Source: an uncultured Gammaproteobacteria bacterium
GTDB lineage: Bacteria > Patescibacteriota > Patescibacteriia > 2-12-FULL-60-25
Direction: 5' to 3'
DNA length: 64,000 nt
Assembly (NCBI GenBank): GCA_964542945.1
Contig: CAZIVC010000004.1
Coordinates: 8,062 to 72,061, forward strand
The notes beneath the pieces were generated by a model that searched no databases, was not told where the DNA came from, and worked only from the letters and a program-made list of their open reading frames with translations. A program made the translations under genes and the position numbers. Positions 60,152-64,000 of this stretch are shown piece by piece; position 1 is the stretch's first letter; every line of letters starts with the position of its first letter.

Positions 60152-62233
60152 ATGCCTCGTGAATATTCGTTAAAAGATACACGTAACTTCGGAATTATTG
60201 CCCACATTGACGCCGGAAAAACGACCGTTTCTGAGCGTGTGTTGTTTTACACGGGTCGTAAGCACAAGATCGGCGAAGTGCACGAAGGTCAAGCAACGAT
60301 GGACTGGATGGAACAAGAGCAGGAGCGCGGTATCACGATTACGGCGGCAGCAACGACCTGTTTTTGGAAGAATAAGCGCCTGAACTTAATTGACACGCCA
60401 GGACACATCGACTTCACGATCGAAGTGCAGCGCTCGTTGCGCGTGCTTGATGGCGCGGTCACGGTATTTGACGGTGTGGCGGGTGTAGAAGCTCAGACCG
60501 AAACAGTGTGGCGTCAGGCGGATAAACACAATGTGCCTCGCATTTGTTTCATCAACAAGCTCGATCGCATGGGCGCCGACTTCTTTAAGGACGTCGCCTC
60601 CATTCATGAGCGTTTGACGAAGCGTGCCCACCCAATGCAGCTTCCGATCGGTGCCGAAGATAACTTTAAGGGCATCATCGATCTCTTGCGCATGAAAGCC
60701 GAGGTGTATCTCGACGAAATGGGTCAGAAGTTTGAAGAAGTCGATATTCCGGCCGACATGCTTGATAAGGCGAAGGAATACCGCGCCAAGCTCGTTGAAG
60801 CGATCGCCGAAACAAATGAGGATCTCATGAACAAGTACCTCGCCGGAGAAGAGATTTCGGTCGATGACTTGAAAGCTGCGCTTCGCCATGCCGTGATCAC
60901 GAACCAGATTTACCCGATTCTGTGTGGATCCGCGTTGAAGAATAAAGGTGTCCAGTTTCTTTTGGATGCGGTTGTGGAGTACCTTCCGGGCCCACTCGAT
61001 GTTCCTGCGACAAAGGGGCACGACGCGGATGATGAATCAAAAGAAATTGCCATCAACGCATCGGATGATGAGCCTTTCGCTGCCTTAGCCTTTAAGGTCA
61101 TGACGGATCCGTTCGTCGGAAAGCTCGTCTTCTTCCGTGTTTACTCGGGTAAGTTGACCTCTGGTTCGTACGTGGTGAACACGACAAGTGGGGAAAAGGA
61201 GCGTATTAGCCGTATCGTGCGTATGCACGCGAACGAGCGTGAAGAAGTGCAAGAAGTGTTCGCGGGTGAAATCGCTGCGGCAGTAGGGCTGAAGGCGACA
61301 TTCACGGGTCACACCTTGTGTGATGAAAAACGTCCACTTGTGCTCGAATCGATCACGATTCCAGAACCGGTTATCTCGCTTGCCATCGAGCCAAAAACGA
61401 AGGCCGACCAAGAAAAGATGGGCGTGGCTCTTCAGAAGCTTTCCGAAGAAGACCCATCGTTCCGTGTGCGCACCGACGAAGAAACGCTCCAGACGATCAT
61501 CTCTGGTATGGGGGAACTTCACCTCGAAATCATTGTTGATCGCATGAAGCGCGAGTTCAAAGTAGAAGCTAACGTTGGTAAGCCGCAGGTGGCCTATCGC
61601 GAAGCGGTGCACAATCCAGCGCTTGACGTTGAAGGAAAATACATCCGTCAATCGGGTGGTCGTGGTCAGTACGGTCACGTGGTGATCGACCTTGAACCAA
61701 CGGAGCGTGGCAAGGGGTACGAATTCGTGGATGCGATTAAGGGTGGTGTGGTTCCGCGTGAATACATCCAGCCGGTCAACAAGGGTATTCAGGAAGCGTT
61801 GCAGCGCGGTGTGCTCGCCGGCTACCCACTGCTCGACGTCAAAGTCACACTCAAGGATGGAAGCTACCACGAAGTGGACTCCTCTGAAGCGGCCTTTAAA
61901 ATCGCGGCTTCGATGGCCTTCCAGGAAGCTTGTCGTAAGGGCGGTCTCTATCTTCTCGAGCCAATCATGAAGGTGGAAGTTGTTACGCCGGAACAATTCA
62001 TGGGAGATGTGATTGGTGACTTGAACGCCAAGCGCGGTCAGATTCAGAGCATGACAGAACGCGGCGGAGCGCGTGTGGTCACGGCTCTCGTTCCTCTCTC
62101 CGAAATGTTCGGCTATACCACAAACCTTCGCTCGATGACGCAAGGACGCGCAAGCTCCAGCATGGAATTTGCCCACTACGGTGAAGTGCCAAACAATGTG
62201 GCGACAGCCGTTGTTGAGGGTAAAAAGAAATAA
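60152..62233 (+). CDS. fusA: elongation factor G
   Basis: [28 protein letters not shown]. Full-length 693-aa EF-G. Confidence 0.97.
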   Translation: MPREYSLKDTRNFGIIAHIDAGKTTVSERVLFYTGRKHKIGEVHEGQATMDWMEQEQERGITITAAATTCFWKNKRLNLIDTPGHIDFTIEVQRSLRVLDGAVTVFDGVAGVEAQTETVWRQADKHNVPRICFINKLDRMGADFFKDVASIHERLTKRAHPMQLPIGAEDNFKGIIDLLRMKAEVYLDEMGQKFEEVDIPADMLDKAKEYRAKLVEAIAETNEDLMNKYLAGEEISVDDLKAALRHAVITNQIYPILCGSALKNKGVQFLLDAVVEYLPGPLDVPATKGHDADDESKEIAINASDDEPFAALAFKVMTDPFVGKLVFFRVYSGKLTSGSYVVNTTSGEKERISRIVRMHANEREEVQEVFAGEIAAAVGLKATFTGHTLCDEKRPLVLESITIPEPVISLAIEPKTKADQEKMGVALQKLSEEDPSFRVRTDEETLQTIISGMGELHLEIIVDRMKREFKVEANVGKPQVAYREAVHNPALDVEGKYIRQSGGRGQYGHVVIDLEPTERGKGYEFVDAIKGGVVPREYIQPVNKGIQEALQRGVLAGYPLLDVKVTLKDGSYHEVDSSEAAFKIAASMAFQEACRKGGLYLLEPIMKVEVVTPEQFMGDVIGDLNAKRGQIQSMTERGGARVVTALVPLSEMFGYTTNLRSMTQGRASSSMEFAHYGEVPNNVATAVVEGKKK

Positions 62234-62236
62234 CAC

Positions 62237-62268
62237 AAAAAACATCCCAATTTCCGGGATGTTTTTTT
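62237..62268 (+). terminator. rho-independent terminator of fusA
   Basis: Stem ACATCCC 62242-62248 / GGGATGT 62256-62262 and T7. Confidence 0.8.
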
Positions 62269-62313
62269 GACAATAAAAAAGTGTGCTATGATGTGTTCAT
62301 CATTTGAACCTTT

Positions 62314-62487
62314 ATGCCCCAAGCCTCCCCTTCTTTCTCCCAAGCTCTGAGTCAGGCGAAAGCCGCCATGAAAGAACTTGATGTTGCTGTGAAATCTCTC
62401 CGTCGTGCCCGCGAACGGTACGAAGACGCCGTCGCTTTTATGAAGCTCAAGCAGCGTTTATCGGCACGTCCGACACGTAAATCCTAG
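62314..62487 (+). CDS. possible small helical protein (57 aa)
   Basis: MPQASPSFSQALSQAKAAMKELDVAVKSLRRARERYEDAVAFMKLKQRLSARPTRKS. Below the track cutoff. An extended -10 TGCTATGAT lies at 62284-62292. Confidence 0.35.
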   Translation: MPQASPSFSQALSQAKAAMKELDVAVKSLRRARERYEDAVAFMKLKQRLSARPTRKS

Positions 62488-62498
62488 TCGTTTTTTGT

Positions 62499-64000
62499 AT
62501 GCCATCGCATTTTGAAGGAGGGGCTCGTAAAATTTCACCCGCTCACGAAGAGCTTGATAACGATCTAGCCATCGAAGAGCTTTCGGATGAAGAAGCAGAC
62601 CGTCTCGCGCGTGAGGGAAAAGCGCGTTGGGCAAAGTTTGAAGATCTTGAAGATTTGTCTGGTGATGCGCGCAGGGCTGATGGTCTTACAAAATATCCGT
62701 CGGGCATCCATCATCGTGCGGAGACGTTACGAAGCGCATTTGACGAAGGTTCTCGTGAAGAATTTACGGGCAGAGTTCGCGTTGTGCACGAAGCTACGCA
62801 CGACGCGCGGCTTTCAGACGATATCAGTGACAATGAGTTTGATTTAGAGCGCTTGCGTTCCACGTCCCATCAGGATGAATATCATGATGATCTGACGTCA
62901 CTTCGGTGGAAGCTAAATGGTTATCAGCCATTCAATCGTGGTACCGAGTCGAATGATTGGTATGGTGTTTCGGGTGCCGAGGACGCACACGCATTTGCTC
63001 CACGTTTCAACGCGGTTGATGCACGAAAAGATCTTGCCACAGAAAGAACTAAAGAGGGGCTTGAGGAGGGAGAATGGCGCTTGGTTGTAGCCGACCTTCG
63101 GCCTGTTGTGACGCGCTATGAACACGAATCTCAGCTTGCGGCTCAGGCGGAAGCAGAATCTCGACGGCGGTTCATTCAGGACGCAGAGGAGATTGGGGAG
63201 GTAAAAGCGAGCTTTGATCGCATGCGGGCCGGAATAATGGCTGAAAAAGAAGCGCTTGTGCGTGAAGCGGCGGAAGCGGCAGAAAAACTGCGCGCAGAAC
63301 AACGTAACACAGAGCGCAAGGCATCGGCAGCTCGTCGAAGCGTATATCATCTCGCAGCTCTTGTTTTGTCGGGTGTTTTGGGTCGTGGCGCGACGGTGCC
63401 TGAGGTACAGGATTTTATGCGAGATCACGGCGTGAATATTGCTCCAGCCGTTGAAGCGGGAACGCGAGCTATTGACTATGCGGTTGAGCGCTACGCTGCG
63501 CCAGCGTTGGAAGTCGTGGCGGATGGCGTGCGCGGAGTAGCTCGGGGAGTTGACCGTCTGACAATCCGTGATGAGCGCGAGGAGCCGACGCGCCAACAGG
63601 CGGCCGAAGCGGCGGAGGCGAGAGCCTTGATCAATCGCTTTGATCAGCTATTCCAGCGCTCTGAGCGGTCGGGTGAATCGTATGATGAACGTGTTGACCG
63701 ATTTAACGATGCGTTTTCAACTCCGGGTGCGTGGGAGTTACTGGTTGCTCACCGCCGCGAGCTTTCTATTCCAGCAGAGAACGAGTTGATGATGACGTTG
63801 CTTGTGCTAAGAGATCGAGCGCAGGACGCGGTGCTTGAACTCGAGGACTCAGAGCTTGATACCTCTGAGATGGATCTGGCGGATGCAAGACGAGAGCTCA
63901 GTCGGTATAAGCGTCTTGTTTGGCAGATGGGTCCGGAGCCCATTGGCTACGATCAACGTGATCCTACGGACCAACAACTCGAACGACAGGCGAATCGTGA
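62499..64000 (+). CDS. large acidic hypothetical protein, 5' part (runs off window end)
   Basis: ATG 62499 opens a frame with no stop for 500 codons to the window edge (MPSHFEGGARKISPAHEELDNDLAIEELSDEEADRLAREGK...). It is not in the ORF track because no stop is present. It contains coiled-coil-like Glu/Ala/Arg stretches. Confidence 0.65.
   Translation, partial: MPSHFEGGARKISPAHEELDNDLAIEELSDEEADRLAREGKARWAKFEDLEDLSGDARRADGLTKYPSGIHHRAETLRSAFDEGSREEFTGRVRVVHEATHDARLSDDISDNEFDLERLRSTSHQDEYHDDLTSLRWKLNGYQPFNRGTESNDWYGVSGAEDAHAFAPRFNAVDARKDLATERTKEGLEEGEWRLVVADLRPVVTRYEHESQLAAQAEAESRRRFIQDAEEIGEVKASFDRMRAGIMAEKEALVREAAEAAEKLRAEQRNTERKASAARRSVYHLAALVLSGVLGRGATVPEVQDFMRDHGVNIAPAVEAGTRAIDYAVERYAAPALEVVADGVRGVARGVDRLTIRDEREEPTRQQAAEAAEARALINRFDQLFQRSERSGESYDERVDRFNDAFSTPGAWELLVAHRRELSIPAENELMMTLLVLRDRAQDAVLELEDSELDTSEMDLADARRELSRYKRLVWQMGPEPIGYDQRDPTDQQLERQANR

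Noticed and set aside
53958-62245. Large antisense ORFs opposite conserved genes: 53958-54710 (-) opposite rpsB, and 60386-61021 (-) and 61085-62245 (-) opposite fusA. Also 62913-63596 (-) opposite the terminal open frame.
   Set aside because: The sense strands encode unmistakable S2 and EF-G (or a 500-codon open frame). The antisense products have no recognisable features.
1-64000. CRISPR arrays, transposases or IS elements, integrases or recombinases, prophage genes, toxin-antitoxin pairs, rRNA genes.
   Set aside because: I found no regularly spaced direct repeats and no DDE, tyrosine- or serine-recombinase-like ORFs. No rRNA-like conserved segments are present. The only mobility-type signals are the tRNA-Ser duplications with the GIY-YIG ORF and the two compositional islands.
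1-64000. Alternative genetic code (UGA as sense), as occurs in some candidate phyla.
   Set aside because: Well-conserved genes end at TGA at the expected length (for example trxB 7013-7015 and the M50 gene 57237-57239). No conserved gene is interrupted by in-frame TGA.

Overview
This is a dense, mostly housekeeping chromosomal window. Gene content and architecture suggest an uncultivated small-genome bacterium (Patescibacteria/CPR-like), but that is inference only. It uses the standard genetic code, since TGA serves as a stop, for example at trxB.

Recognisable core genes:
- Left block: hup, rny, truB, infB, trxA, trxB, a VanW-domain protein and hsp20.
- Middle block: murJ, lepA, gatC, gatA, lgt, two membrane-anchored DsbA-like proteins, an ABC-F ATPase and NDH-2.
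- Sugar cluster: a CDP-hexose / 6-deoxyhexose glycan cluster with three GT2 genes.
- Right block: rpmE, prfA, rpsB, tsf, a LOG-family gene, rpmB, an M50 protease and the str operon (rpsL-rpsG-fusA).

Nothing here is a CRISPR array, transposase, integrase or reverse transcriptase.

Parts that housekeeping does not explain:
1. A 3650-codon ORF (10628-21580) encodes a signal-peptide-bearing protein with about 140 Cys. It is immediately preceded by a small membrane protein with TSP3-like Ca-binding repeats. This is my best candidate for a novel cell-surface system.
2. A tRNA-Ser(GGA) locus is flanked by a displaced, decayed copy of its own 5' half and by a 21-nt copy of its 3' end. A GIY-YIG ORF sits between the displaced half and the intact tRNA and reads into that tRNA.
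3. A gingipain-like (C25) peptidase gene is separated from its own signal peptide by an A8 homopolymer frameshift.
4. Two single-gene, clearly GC-richer islands each encode an acidic lipoprotein with its own sigma70-type promoter, SD and terminator.
5. There are several structured non-coding regions:
   - a promoter-hairpin-terminator sRNA candidate next to trxB;
   - a hairpin-dense 380-nt spacer;
   - a 116-nt hairpin between rpsG and fusA.
6. At several native genes the -10 box sits 6-13 nt from the ATG, a leaderless-like arrangement.

All coordinates and motifs were read by hand. No database search was possible, so family names are pattern recognition, not hits.
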